64,000 nucleotides of DNA from a virus (Duplodnaviria; Caudoviricetes): the IMG/VR virus record IMGVR_UViG_3300037722_000745, positions 192,001 through 256,000 of that record; one strand, 5' to 3'. Position numbers and translations under genes: made by a program. Within the stretch, counting starts at the first letter, position 1, and every line of letters begins with the position of its first letter. A model generated the notes under the pieces. It made no database searches. It was given only the letters and a program-made list of their open reading frames with translations, and was not told where the DNA came from. Below, one piece after another: positions 10,291 through 22,852 of the stretch.

Positions 10291-10551
10291 TTATCCTTCG
10301 TCTTCAAAATCCTCATCCGACAGGTCACCGCGCCACGGATTCTGCCGCCAAGCATCGAGGTTCTCACCGGCCCGCTTTATCACCTCGGCAGGGTCATCCC
10401 CTTGTTCGCGGATCAGGGCTAGGGCGTCTTCCCATCCCTGTTCTGCCGCAGCATCGAAATCAAAGTGGTCCGTACTAGGGGCCCTCTCCGAAGAGCCAGG
10501 CGAGAAGTCCTGAGGGGGAATCTGGACGATAGCGAGCACCCGGTGATCCAT
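10291..10551 (-). CDS. Hypothetical protein
   Basis: 86-aa acidic ORF in operon. Confidence 0.55.
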   Translation of the reverse strand: MDHRVLAIVQIPPQDFSPGSSERAPSTDHFDFDAAAEQGWEDALALIREQGDDPAEVIKRAGENLDAWRQNPWRGDLSDEDFEDEG

Positions 10552-10630
10552 TGTCTCGCTCTTTAATAGGTGGCAAGCTACCCTTGAAAGCCTTTAATAG
10601 ACCGCAAACCCTTCGTTGTCAACGATCCAT

Positions 10631-10951
10631 TCAATGGGTTGTTTTCGTGGCTTTCAGCCGCGGGACATCCTCAGGATCAAGCTGCCCAGACTCTACAAGG
10701 CGAGCCAAGATCTCAACCGATTTCAAAGGGGTCACGATAAAACGGACTTCCTCCCCCTGATACTGCTCGAGGATGGTCTGAACGTCCAAAAAATCGAAAG
10801 ACCCATCGGCCTGCTGGATCCGTAGGACCATGCGACCATTCATCGGATCCAGCTCTACAACACCCTCGATAAGGGCTCCCAGATCCAAACCCTCAACGGA
10901 CGGGACAGACGCCATTTGCACACTCTTCAATCTCGACATCTCCACCGTCAT
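10631..10951 (-). CDS. Hypothetical protein
   Basis: 106-aa ORF overlapping the nrdJ end. Confidence 0.55.
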   Translation of the reverse strand: MTVEMSRLKSVQMASVPSVEGLDLGALIEGVVELDPMNGRMVLRIQQADGSFDFLDVQTILEQYQGEEVRFIVTPLKSVEILARLVESGQLDPEDVPRLKATKTTH

Positions 10952-13900
10952 TCACTAGCGGATGGTCGTGTTTGATCCCAGAGAACATCTCCTGAAACTG
11001 CGATTCCGAGATCTCTTCGTACGGAGCTTGAGCATAGCCGTGGGCTTTCGCCAACAAGCTCGTGGATTTAAACCGAGGCACGTACTTCGCCAGCAGCTCC
11101 GCCGTGCGCTCCCTTTCGGTCTCGGGATTGAACGAGAGCGTAGCGGAGACAGAATTGTCCGCCCACCACTCCTGGATCAACGCCTGCCGCTCGAATTGGT
11201 CGTCAATCGTCTCAGTCTGCACAGTCACCCGCGTGTGGACCGCCTTGGTCGGGAACGAGAACACAAGCGTGTGCCCGGTCTGGTCGTAAACATCGTACTC
11301 CCACGCAACCCCAGCCTCTTGTAGCGCTCTAGTCATAGGCTCATTGACGGCCAACCGAGCCCGACGGATGTAGTACGGGGCGAAAGGTGCGTGAATGCCA
11401 GGGCTGCTGGAGTTGAGCAGGCTGATCGTCCCAGAAGGCTTGGTCGTCGTGACCGCGTTCGGGCGGGCTACCCCCAGCTCATCGGCGTAGGAGTTGGCCT
11501 CCAGCCGGCACACCTCGAACCAACGAGCGAGCTGAGGTCCGACCCAGTCGAAATCACAGATGCCACCGAGTCCGACGCCCAAACGCATGTTCTTGCGACG
11601 CACCTCGTCCGACTCCTCATCCAGCAACGGAGTCAGACGCTGGCGCAGACAATAACGGGTGAGCAGGCGGAACACAGTGCCTGGATCGGTCGAACCGTCG
11701 AATTGCGCCGGAAATGCTTCTGCTAGGTTACAAGCTTCTCGATTGTGCAAGGGAATTTCGCCGCATTGTCGCACACTTACGCCTGAAAACCAGAATTTGT
11801 CTAGATTTTTGTGCTCCTTCGTTATTACAGACACAGTGTGGTTTTCGTCCACCGTGAGGTTGTAGACCGTGTGCTCTCCTTCCAGCTCCTCCACACGCGC
11901 AACCTTGTGGTTGTAATCGGACGCAGCTTCCAAGACCTCCGAGAACTTCTTGAAGCCGTGCTTGAGTGTCGGCCCGATACGGGAAGGCACCCCTTCCCCT
12001 TTGCAAGCCAAGGACCATTCCTTGCGATTCGGGTGGCGTCCTAGCCTGAAAGCCAGATCAGAACAAACACGAGCCTGCTCCACTTTGGTCGCGACCTGCT
12101 TGGACCCGTAGTGCGTGTCCATCGCCTGAAGCCGTTTCGCTTTGACCTTCGCGTCACTGTTGATATAGGCGTTGCCACAAGCTTCTGAGCAAAAGGATCG
12201 CTCACGATAGGAATGCTCCACCTCAAACGAGGCCGAACACCCTTCACAAGACTTGACCACAAAGACCTTGGAGTCTTTGATGAAAGCTTCGTACCCTTGT
12301 TCCAACATGGAGCAGAGCGTTTTGATGACACGTGGATCGGTGTCGACGTGCTCCAAGCCAAGCTCCGAAGCACATTGCTTGGCTAGCTCCACAACAGACT
12401 TCCAGGATCGATAGCCAGAGAAGGCTTGCGGGATACCCTGTGCCGAGGCGTACTCCAGCCAATCCTTCTTGCTGAATCGGCGTCCCAATTTACGAGTCAA
12501 CGTCAGACCATGATCCTTCAACTCACCACAGGTCAAACCTGACCAACGACCATTCGCCTCGCCAGAGTTGTCTTTCTCTCCGTGCAACTTGGCGTGATCA
12601 CGAAAAGTCATGATCTGGAGGTTATCAGGAGCGTTGTTCAGCTGATCGTAGTCCTTATGGTGGACTACAAGGCCGCCAGTGTTCGCGAACCCGTTCTCCG
12701 CACATACCGAATAGACCCGATCCCAGCCATCCGGGTCCTGGAAACAAGCAATCAAGCGATGCTCAAATATCTTGTCTCGATCCGGGTGACGCGTGTTGCA
12801 GTAAATACGATAATAGTCCTTACCTCCCTTCTTAACCTTCTCCAGAGCCTTCTTGAAACGCGGCAAACTGTCCCCAGGTTGGAGATCTTTCGCCTCTACT
12901 GGAGTACCATCACGTAGCAAGAAACCGTGGTTCGGCGTGGTGTCTAGGTGACTACCATCATCCAACCACACCCGGACAAGCTTTTGGTTGTAGCCTGTGA
13001 TCCGGGGGTTACGACCCATCTTGATCTCGATCTTGCCGGTCTCCTTGTTCAGGGAGTAAACCGGCACGTCCTCGCCCTCCTCCGCGAGCTGGCGGATCGA
13101 GACAGAATTGCGACCGTCTGCCACGGCGATCTTCGTGTCTCCAGAAAAACACGGATTGATGACGGTGGCCCCAGGATCGGTCTTGCGGATGAGCGCCAGG
13201 TTCAGCAGACCGGGCTCCCCGTAGAGGATGTTGTCCTCGACCATCCCATGCCAATCGAACTCGGCAATCTGCTTGTCTGTGTAAAACAGCAGCGAGTTGT
13301 TGCTGGTGTGCCGATGAGACTTCACAGCTTCGAAGTCCTTCTTCGCGTCCCGGAAAGGCCGATCCTCCGCGTCGCCCAAAACGATCAAGGCTGACCGGCG
13401 GACATTACCGGACTTCACACAGAACCCGATCAAGTTGGTGATATCGAGGCACTCAACGCTCGTCAAGCCGCGTCCCACCGCTCCACGCACGATGTCCCAC
13501 GAAAACCTCAGCAGCATCGACAGCGGGCCCGGACCGCACGCAACACCTCCAAACGTACGAATAGGCTCGCCCCGAGGGCGGATGTCCGAAAGGTCTACGA
13601 TGATATCCCGACCTTCGAAAGCCGCCTGGAGAACGAGACGCAAGGACTCTACCCACCCCTCACGTGAGTCAGGGATCTGGTGGACCGGGGTCTGACCGTT
13701 CAGGAACTCTTTGTCATTGGGCCCCACATCCTCAACGTTAGGATGATCATGGCGGCACCACACCGCCATGCGTGAGGAACCTGATCCTGCACTGACCTTT
13801 CCCAGCAAGCCGAGGGATCCCAATCCCACCCCGACGCCTCCGCCCAACATCAACTGGTTCATCACCCAACACCAGTCGTCGATCGAGCGGAGCGTGACTC

Positions 13901-15125
13901 CCCAGCAATTGCCAGTGAGGACACCGCCTTCCAACGTAAAGGAGCGTGTCTTCGGCTCGACTACGCAAAAGACCTCCTCCTCGCGACCCTCGTCTACAAC
14001 TCTGAACACTTGGTACTCAACAGGTTCCGGGCGCAGCGTGATCGTAACCAAAGGCGCAGATCGAGGACCGTAGTTCGTGTCTCCGGTCTCCACGGAGTAT
14101 CCCGTCACGCAGTAACCCAGCAAGGGTGCACGTTCGGTTGCCCATTGGATCGCCTGTGCGTTCTGAGATCCCAACCGAGGGCCCTGCTTACTTGGATCCT
14201 TACGGTCACTACCATCCATCGCTTTCCAACCTTCCAAGAACCCAGCTTGGTAGGTCAACGATGTGGCTCTATCCGGGAGGGCTTTCAGGTTGGCTTGTGA
14301 TCGCAGGAACACCACAGAGTCGCCCTGATATGAAGGAGGGGAGCATGTGTTGTGGTGCAAAGGACTCGACTCTAACACCGTCAGATACCGCGCTTTGGCC
14401 CCACAAAGCCGAACCTGGTATTGCCCCTCTCGGCCCGTAGACTGCGACCCGTCCCCGAACACGAGACCATGCACAAACCCTGCACGGTAGAAGCTCGACT
14501 CCACATCATGTTGGGTGGGCGTGACGACAACACGATCGCCAACGGAGAGGTCAGTCACTTCACCGCGGTTTGACGTGAACCACCGATGGTCCCGCGTCGC
14601 GCAGAATTCCATAACGTACTTGGAGGCCCCAGGGAGCTTGAACCCGTAGGTCAAAAGCTTCTGCTTACCGAAGGACCGAACCTCAGCCGGAGACCACCCA
14701 CCGTCCTTGGTCAACACCTCCACCTGCTGGCCTACCAAGTCCCGAAGAGACGCAAGCTCCCCGTTCGCCCAAAAGCGAGTCTCCCCTGCAAAGCAATTGT
14801 ACCTAGCGTCCGCTGGGATCCCTTCAACACCTCCGACCCATAGCCCACGCCCAGGGGGTAGCGCCTGACCCGTCCAAAAAAGATGAAAGAGCTTCTCTGC
14901 CTCGCGTTGGGATGGCTGCTGATGAGCCAGGGCCATATTACCTTCCACTACGCGACGAATCGTATCGGTCCACGTCTCACCATTGCGGCAGTACTTTGAC
15001 AGGTATGTTGACCGAGCTAAGAGCGTGCGGAATGGATCGCCCATCTGCCGGTACAGGGCCAAGAAAGATTCCTGGAGCTTGAAAGGCTGTGCTGTCTCCG
15101 TCGAAGTGTGGCGGACGATCTCCAT
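10893..15125 (-). CDS. nrdJ: Class II (adenosylcobalamin-dependent) ribonucleotide reductase with two inteins
   Basis: Spliced motifs YN/CW and NP/CGEIPL, TTTKPSGTISLL, C-terminal ECANGVCPVR. Confidence 0.92.
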   Translation of the reverse strand: MEIVRHTSTETAQPFKLQESFLALYRQMGDPFRTLLARSTYLSKYCRNGETWTDTIRRVVEGNMALAHQQPSQREAEKLFHLFWTGQALPPGRGLWVGGVEGIPADARYNCFAGETRFWANGELASLRDLVGQQVEVLTKDGGWSPAEVRSFGKQKLLTYGFKLPGASKYVMEFCATRDHRWFTSNRGEVTDLSVGDRVVVTPTQHDVESSFYRAGFVHGLVFGDGSQSTGREGQYQVRLCGAKARYLTVLESSPLHHNTCSPPSYQGDSVVFLRSQANLKALPDRATSLTYQAGFLEGWKAMDGSDRKDPSKQGPRLGSQNAQAIQWATERAPLLGYCVTGYSVETGDTNYGPRSAPLVTITLRPEPVEYQVFRVVDEGREEEVFCVVEPKTRSFTLEGGVLTGNCWGVTLRSIDDWCWVMNQLMLGGGVGVGLGSLGLLGKVSAGSGSSRMAVWCRHDHPNVEDVGPNDKEFLNGQTPVHQIPDSREGWVESLRLVLQAAFEGRDIIVDLSDIRPRGEPIRTFGGVACGPGPLSMLLRFSWDIVRGAVGRGLTSVECLDITNLIGFCVKSGNVRRSALIVLGDAEDRPFRDAKKDFEAVKSHRHTSNNSLLFYTDKQIAEFDWHGMVEDNILYGEPGLLNLALIRKTDPGATVINPCFSGDTKIAVADGRNSVSIRQLAEEGEDVPVYSLNKETGKIEIKMGRNPRITGYNQKLVRVWLDDGSHLDTTPNHGFLLRDGTPVEAKDLQPGDSLPRFKKALEKVKKGGKDYYRIYCNTRHPDRDKIFEHRLIACFQDPDGWDRVYSVCAENGFANTGGLVVHHKDYDQLNNAPDNLQIMTFRDHAKLHGEKDNSGEANGRWSGLTCGELKDHGLTLTRKLGRRFSKKDWLEYASAQGIPQAFSGYRSWKSVVELAKQCASELGLEHVDTDPRVIKTLCSMLEQGYEAFIKDSKVFVVKSCEGCSASFEVEHSYRERSFCSEACGNAYINSDAKVKAKRLQAMDTHYGSKQVATKVEQARVCSDLAFRLGRHPNRKEWSLACKGEGVPSRIGPTLKHGFKKFSEVLEAASDYNHKVARVEELEGEHTVYNLTVDENHTVSVITKEHKNLDKFWFSGVSVRQCGEIPLHNREACNLAEAFPAQFDGSTDPGTVFRLLTRYCLRQRLTPLLDEESDEVRRKNMRLGVGLGGICDFDWVGPQLARWFEVCRLEANSYADELGVARPNAVTTTKPSGTISLLNSSSPGIHAPFAPYYIRRARLAVNEPMTRALQEAGVAWEYDVYDQTGHTLVFSFPTKAVHTRVTVQTETIDDQFERQALIQEWWADNSVSATLSFNPETERERTAELLAKYVPRFKSTSLLAKAHGYAQAPYEEISESQFQEMFSGIKHDHPLVNDGGDVEIEECANGVCPVR
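11766..13151 (-). other. Intein 2 in NrdJ (462 aa, HNH-type, Gln-terminated)
   Basis: Starts CFSGDT in the NP/C active site, VYNLTVDENHT block, ends SVRQ followed by Cys; VHHKDYDQLNNAPDNL HNH motif. Confidence 0.9.
13908..14795 (-). other. Intein 1 in NrdJ (296 aa, LAGLIDADG-type)
   Basis: Starts CFAGET, ends LTGN followed by Cys; GLVFGDGS and GWKAMDGS blocks. Confidence 0.9.
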
Positions 15126-15144
15126 GTTTGAATCCTCGTCTTGT

Positions 15145-16101
15145 CTACTGGGCGATAGTTAGCATTGTCGTCTCCACAAGAGTCCTCTTGGACCGAGACG
15201 AACCCTTTACATCTACATCTATCTGGCACAACCGTCCCATATACCCCGCCAAGGATTTGAAGCTGTGCTTACGAGCCACAGGAGCCAACAAATTCTTGTA
15301 TGGCCAGAGCTTCGTTCCCGTGAGGACTGCAATCTCTTCAGGCTCTACACCTCTATCCTGCAAAGCTCGGATAGAGGCTGTCTTCTCAACTTGCCTCATC
15401 AACGATGACACCACGGGGACAAGACAGGTGTCCCCTTCCCCGGCGTACAAGTACGAGAAGAGGCGCATAGCCTTTTTGAGGTCCTTCGCCATTACGGCTT
15501 CCGCCACCGCATAAGGCGTGGCGTCAGGTGTCGGGCTGACCACCTCCGCCACATGCTTTTTTTGGATCGAACAATCCTGCCCTACATACAACGAGAGCTT
15601 CTTCAGCTCGTTCGACAACCGATAGAGGTCCGAACCAACGTATTGGTACAGCAAGGACGCCACGTCCTTCCCCAAGGAGACCTTAAGTCGCGTAGCCTCC
15701 CCTCTAATGAAGTCAAGATACTTACCGTCTTCCCACGGCTTGTACTTACGTCGCTCGACTTTCTTACCCCTCTTCGCCGCCTCAGCCCAAACGTCAGGCA
15801 ACTTCGCACTACGGACAACCGCGATCACCACAACAGACTTATCCGACGCATCACGCTCTGAAATAAACTGACGAAGAGCTTCCTCTCCCTTCACCTTCTG
15901 AGCGTTCTCAACAACGACCGTATGAGGCTCCTGGAAGCCCTCACACATGTCCACCAAGACCGTGTCCTTTAGCCCATCCTCGGCATCAACCTTGATGACG
16001 ATTCGATCCTTTTTGAGCACAGACTCGACGTCCCGATCTAGAAAGAAGTCATCCTCTCCAAACAAGACGATAAAGGGCCTGAATATTGACTTTGCCGCCA
16101 T
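15145..16101 (-). CDS. holA: DNA polymerase III delta subunit-like
   Basis: IVLFGEDDFFLD, VGSDLYRLSNELKKLSLY, DVDVKGS; adjacent to delta'. Confidence 0.75.
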   Translation of the reverse strand: MAAKSIFRPFIVLFGEDDFFLDRDVESVLKKDRIVIKVDAEDGLKDTVLVDMCEGFQEPHTVVVENAQKVKGEEALRQFISERDASDKSVVVIAVVRSAKLPDVWAEAAKRGKKVERRKYKPWEDGKYLDFIRGEATRLKVSLGKDVASLLYQYVGSDLYRLSNELKKLSLYVGQDCSIQKKHVAEVVSPTPDATPYAVAEAVMAKDLKKAMRLFSYLYAGEGDTCLVPVVSSLMRQVEKTASIRALQDRGVEPEEIAVLTGTKLWPYKNLLAPVARKHSFKSLAGYMGRLCQIDVDVKGSSRSKRTLVETTMLTIAQ

Positions 16102-16110
16102 CCGAGCACA

Positions 16111-17073
16111 CTACAGGAGGAAAGACTCCACGAGGCGAGTCTTGAAATGGAAGGAGAGGTTAAGCGGTGTGGAACGTCTCTGTTGGAGAAGCTCACGTGT
16201 CTTCTGAGAGACTGTAAACCAGGACCTGACGCTTGCCTTGAGTCCGAGATCTTTCAGCTCGTCAAGGCAGTCAGCGTTCAGTGCTCGCATGGGATCTACA
16301 CGAACCATAAGGACATCATGAGAGATCTGCTCCAGAAATTTCAGTGCTAGAGGTAAGTCCCGATCCATCGCGTCTACTGCCGAAAAAAGTGCGGACCAGT
16401 CCCTTTGAACAGCTAGCTGTAGCACTCGTAGGACTTGGTCCCTAAGGGCTATCTTCCCTGAGTTCCAATATCCAACCGCTCGACCAACTGAACCTTCTCC
16501 CAATCGCGCACAGATTAGAGCTTTAGCGGTCTCCTCACCCTCCCCCACGGATTCAACAACTACTGATGAAACGAAGTCGTCAGGTAGGGGTCCGTACCGC
16601 ACGAGACCGCAACGTGATCGAAGAGTGGGAAGAACACGTTCCCGCTCTTCCGCTATCAAAAAAAACCTTGCACTCTCTGGCGGCTCTTCCAACGTCTTCA
16701 AAAAGGCGTCCGCCGCCGGGACCGTGAAAAGATCCGCACCGTCCACAATGAAACATCGTACGCTACCGAGACCGGGCCTGACCTGAGCGTCCGCAATGAG
16801 CTTGCGTACGCGATCTACTCCGATGTCCTTTTCGTCAGCTGATACGACGATGAGATCCGGATGCTGACCTCGCATGAGGTCATAGCAAGAAGGGCACGGG
16901 CACCCTACCTCACGGCTCCCAACGCAGAACAACTCCTGGACAGCCTTCTGAACGGAAAACCGTCGACCAACACCAGAGGGCCCCACCAGAAGTAGAGGTG
17001 TCTCAAGACTCCCTTCTACGAACCTCCGAAGGAACTTCGTCCCCTCCTCTTGGTGTTTCACTTCCGCTAGCAT
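16111..17073 (-). CDS. holB: DNA polymerase III delta' subunit-like
   Basis: LLVGPSGVG, C-x-C-x2-C Zn motif, GQHPDL, DAFLKTLEEPP, LPTLRSRC. Confidence 0.85.
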   Translation of the reverse strand: MLAEVKHQEEGTKFLRRFVEGSLETPLLLVGPSGVGRRFSVQKAVQELFCVGSREVGCPCPSCYDLMRGQHPDLIVVSADEKDIGVDRVRKLIADAQVRPGLGSVRCFIVDGADLFTVPAADAFLKTLEEPPESARFFLIAEERERVLPTLRSRCGLVRYGPLPDDFVSSVVVESVGEGEETAKALICARLGEGSVGRAVGYWNSGKIALRDQVLRVLQLAVQRDWSALFSAVDAMDRDLPLALKFLEQISHDVLMVRVDPMRALNADCLDELKDLGLKASVRSWFTVSQKTRELLQQRRSTPLNLSFHFKTRLVESFLL

Positions 17074-17233
17074 CAGACTCGAGGAAACCAACGGATCGCT
17101 GGGGAGGATCCACTGGGACGAACTGAAGGACAGCATGGTAGTGCTGTCCGCAACGCTGACAGGCGTACCGATGGACCTCTACACCAGTAGATTCCAACCT
17201 GCCCTCACACTTCATGCAACGGGTTACGATCAT
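17003..17233 (-). CDS. Small Zn-ribbon protein
   Basis: CMKC...CQRC. Confidence 0.5.
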   Translation of the reverse strand: MIVTRCMKCEGRLESTGVEVHRYACQRCGQHYHAVLQFVPVDPPQRSVGFLESDASGSETPRGGDEVPSEVRRRES

Positions 17234-17436
17234 AGAGAGATTGGACCGCCAACAGAAACGACCTGTGTTCGGTGGCACTTGACACACTGATAGACTCGAG
17301 ATCCGCTTCCTGCCGAAGTGATCTCAATCGAGGTTATGGAGTCACAGTCTTCATTCTTGCACCGCATGTTCACTTCCACGGAAGGCTTAGAGTCCTTGCC
17401 AAGTCCGGGGTTCAAAGAAGTCGGGTCAATGGTCAT
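17230..17436 (-). CDS. Small Zn-ribbon protein
   Basis: CKNEDC...CVKC. Confidence 0.55.
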   Translation of the reverse strand: MTIDPTSLNPGLGKDSKPSVEVNMRCKNEDCDSITSIEITSAGSGSRVYQCVKCHRTQVVSVGGPISL

Positions 17437-17438
17437 CG

Positions 17439-18023
17439 TTAGAACCTCGTAGGGTAGTCAACAGGGAACAACTCTTGCAACACAAGCACAAGGCGATTGA
17501 AGAACATATCCTCCTGGGTGAGCGTACCCTCTCGCTTCTCCGAAGGGATGAGATGTGAGGCGTCCGGGATCCCCCGAGAAGGTTTGAAAGGGAGAGACGG
17601 GCTCTCTCCCGCAGATAACATCGTCAGCAATCCTTGGATCTTCTGGTACTCGTCATACCGCAACCTATCGAGGAAGGACCTCAACCCGGCCGAAGGCTTT
17701 TCTGGAGGAGGCTGCATCACCCGATTGGGTTGAGGGGATACCACTGCCGATGGAGGGTTGCCTGGTGGAATGACGGGCTGAAAAACCGTCGTGCTGTACC
17801 GAAAGAACGGAAAGATCTTTCTCCAATCGTCCCCTCGAACTACCACGGTGTAGGACCTTGGCCGGACAAACTCCACGAATGAAGTGTCTCGTAGCTTACC
17901 TGACCGGACCTGAGCCCGACCCTTCGCAGCGTCTACGATGGCTTGTGCCAAACGGGGCACATCCGACCTTCGAACATGGGTAGGCCGGCTCCCCCCTATT
18001 CGCTGAAGTCGCGAATCCATCAC
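17439..18023 (-). CDS. Hypothetical protein
   Basis: 194-aa ORF in operon. Confidence 0.6.
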   Translation of the reverse strand: MMDSRLQRIGGSRPTHVRRSDVPRLAQAIVDAAKGRAQVRSGKLRDTSFVEFVRPRSYTVVVRGDDWRKIFPFFRYSTTVFQPVIPPGNPPSAVVSPQPNRVMQPPPEKPSAGLRSFLDRLRYDEYQKIQGLLTMLSAGESPSLPFKPSRGIPDASHLIPSEKREGTLTQEDMFFNRLVLVLQELFPVDYPTRF

Positions 18024-18045
18024 CTAGTGACGGCTCACAAAGACC

Positions 18046-20144
<2,099 letters not shown>

Positions 20145-20213
20145 GCCCGGGTAGTGGGGTGAATCGGATTCCGCCCACCCGGCCGGCCCCCTCCGGCCCT
20201 ACGCTGTGGTCCG

Positions 20214-20558
20214 ATGGGCATTCTACGCGAACGCGTGGTCCGCGGCAGGACCCGCCAAGACCGCGAGCCGCGCGGCTTCCAGCTCACCTCAACCGAGGCC
20301 GCCAACGTCAAGGTTGCCCTGCTCCATTTGCGGGCCCAGCACGGGTGCTGGCGCGAGGTGGCCCGCGTCATGGGTTGCACGAAGAGGGCCCTGGAGAAGG
20401 CCGCAGAGACCCGGCGGCGACCGTCCCCGGGCTTGGCGCTCCACGTGGCCCGAGCGCTGGGCTTGCCCGTGGAGGCGATGCTCACCGGGGCGCGGTCGGA
20501 GCCAGGGAGCTGCCCGATGTGTGGGCGGGCGAGTAGCAGGGCTCAACTGTCTAGGTAG
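20214..20558 (+). CDS. XRE-family HTH protein
   Basis: WREVARVMGCTKRALEKAAE...PSPGLALHVARALGLPVEAML. Confidence 0.7.
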   Translation: MGILRERVVRGRTRQDREPRGFQLTSTEAANVKVALLHLRAQHGCWREVARVMGCTKRALEKAAETRRRPSPGLALHVARALGLPVEAMLTGARSEPGSCPMCGRASSRAQLSR

Positions 20559-20830
20559 CGATGGAAGTTGCTCGGATGAATGTAGAGCCTAGCCAGCCAT
20601 GACCTGAGCACGCTCGGCATGATTCTCGTGTCGTCGTCCTCTTCGATCGGCAACACGAGTTTGATCTCCTCGTACTGTCTGTCTGTGGAGATCTCTCACA
20701 ACGCACTCCTCGCCGTTGATCATGCGCGTTGCAGACGTGACGGTCACGCCGTGCTCACGGCACACTTTCTCGACGAACTCCCGGACCGTAATCGACGGCC
20801 CGAATGGGAATGCAGGCATGACGGCCTATT

Positions 20831-21178
20831 CTAGGCCGATAGTCTCAATTTGCTAGCCGTTGCGTGGATGATCCACGGCGGCGGAACATCGGGTGCCACG
20901 GTTGGCCCCAGCAAATCCACGGCGCCGCCCAATGGGCGAGCCTCCCTGAACTTCTCAAAATAGTGGCTGGGTGCTCTCGGGACGTCTTGCATTGGGTCCT
21001 TGCCCAGCTCGATATTGGCAGCCGCTTGGTTGACAAATGCGCGCTGCCAAGATGCAAGCACGGCGTCCAAAGAAGTTCCCTGTGCCGCGACATCAAACTC
21101 TAGACACTGAGCAACCCACGTGCCTTCTTCAAGAAGGATGACAATGCTCAAGTCCTCAAACTTCCAGCTCTTTTGCAT
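20831..21178 (-). CDS. HicB-like antitoxin
   Basis: EEGTWVAQCLEFDVAAQGTSLDAVL partial RNase H fold pattern. Confidence 0.6.
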   Translation of the reverse strand: MQKSWKFEDLSIVILLEEGTWVAQCLEFDVAAQGTSLDAVLASWQRAFVNQAAANIELGKDPMQDVPRAPSHYFEKFREARPLGGAVDLLGPTVAPDVPPPWIIHATASKLRLSA

Positions 21179-21597
21179 AGTCGCGCGGTTTTCTTGACAA
21201 GAGCGAGAGCGTTCGCCCTAGTGCGTCTGTAATAGTAGGGGCCACGGCGCTCAGCGGCAAGCGCCGCTAGCATGCCGAGACCGTATGCGCAAACCATGCA
21301 CAGCCGCAAAATAAGCGAAAAAGCGCGTGCCCCTGAACATTCTGCGAGTTCTAAGGCTAGCTTGTCGCTCGCTCCAAAAGCACCGATCTCGCCCACTGGG
21401 TTACGGGCTGTCCCGCCCTCGCGGCGGCTTCCGTGATAGCCGCCCGCTCTCCGTCGCTCAGCCTGATCGCGAAGACCGACTTCGCAGCGCCCTTCGGCAA
21501 CGGCGGCCTGCCGATCCTCGCCTTGGGCGGTGACCCAGAGTCAACATTTGTTTAGAGTGTTGTCTAAATTTAGCCCTCGTGGTAATCGACTCTTGGT

Positions 21598-22827
21598 ATG
21601 ACGCCTCCCGGGTTTTCTAATCCTTTCCGTCCTGGGGCAGGTCACCAGCCTCCTTACCTGGCTGGTCGGTCGCGGGAAACTAATGAATTCAAAATCTTAC
21701 TGGATCAGGACGTGATTCTGAACAGTCTGGTCCTGACGGGGCTTCGGGGGACCGGAAAGACAGTCCTGCTAGATACCTTCAAGCCTATCGCGATCTCCTC
21801 AAAGTGGGTGTGGGTGGGAGCGGACCTCTCTGAGTCGACTAGCATCAGTGAAGAACGGATTGTGAAGAGGCTTCTAGCTGACCTCGCGATCGTCACCGCT
21901 AGCATCCAGATCAGCGAACACCAGCGCAAGCAGATCGGCTTCGGTGCTGGCACGACAACGGTCCCAATCTGTCTCGACTATTCCGCGCTTGATGCGGTGT
22001 ACAAGGCCACTCCAGGATTGCCTGCCGATAAGCTGAAAGCCGTACTGCAGCTGGCGTGGTCAGCTCTCAAGCCGCTAGGACACCGAGGGATCGTCTTCGC
22101 CTACGATGAGGCGCAGAACCTCTCAGACCATGCTGCGAAAGAGGAGTTTCCACTGTCGCTCCTCCTCGACGTATTCCAGTCGCTTCAGAAGCATCAGCTC
22201 CCATTCCTGCTTACCCTGGTTGGGCTACCAACCTTGTTTCCGAAGTTGGTGGAGGCGCGCACTTTCGCCGAGCGCATGTTCCGGGTTGTCTTTCTCGACA
22301 GGCTTGGGCGCCAGGATTGTAGGGACGCCATCCTGAAACCAGTCCAAGACGCTCAATGCCCCATCCAACTCGACGACCCGTCCGCCGAACACATCATAGA
22401 CATTTCCGGCTGCTACCCGTACTTCATCCAGTTCATCTGCCGAGAAGTCTATGACGCGTTCCTGCAAGGGCAGACACGGGTACCTGTTGACGAGATAACG
22501 CGAAAGCTCGACAGCGACTTCTTCGCCGGTAGGTGGTCGCGCGTCACCGACAGACAACGCGAGCTTCTCAAAGTAGTAGCCTCTCTGGAAAGCTCCGACG
22601 GCGAATTCATGGTGCAGGAGATCGCAGAGAAATCGAAAGAGCTGACTAAACCATTCAGTCCAAGCCACATCAACCAGATGCTAGTCACTCTCGCGAACAA
22701 CGGCATGATCAACAAGAACAGGCACGGGAAGTACTCCTTCGCAGTGCCTCTTCTTGGCCGCTTCATTCTGCGGCAGGCAACCGCTGACAGAGAGGAGGAC
22801 CCTGGAGGGCAACAGCTGCTCTTCTAG
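21598..22827 (+). CDS. AAA_16-like P-loop ATPase with C-terminal winged helix
   Basis: PPYLAGR, GLRGTGKT, FAYDEAQ, GCYPYFIQ. Confidence 0.8.
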   Translation: MTPPGFSNPFRPGAGHQPPYLAGRSRETNEFKILLDQDVILNSLVLTGLRGTGKTVLLDTFKPIAISSKWVWVGADLSESTSISEERIVKRLLADLAIVTASIQISEHQRKQIGFGAGTTTVPICLDYSALDAVYKATPGLPADKLKAVLQLAWSALKPLGHRGIVFAYDEAQNLSDHAAKEEFPLSLLLDVFQSLQKHQLPFLLTLVGLPTLFPKLVEARTFAERMFRVVFLDRLGRQDCRDAILKPVQDAQCPIQLDDPSAEHIIDISGCYPYFIQFICREVYDAFLQGQTRVPVDEITRKLDSDFFAGRWSRVTDRQRELLKVVASLESSDGEFMVQEIAEKSKELTKPFSPSHINQMLVTLANNGMINKNRHGKYSFAVPLLGRFILRQATADREEDPGGQQLLF

Positions 22828-22852
22828 CCAGGAGCTACGGAATTGAAAGACT

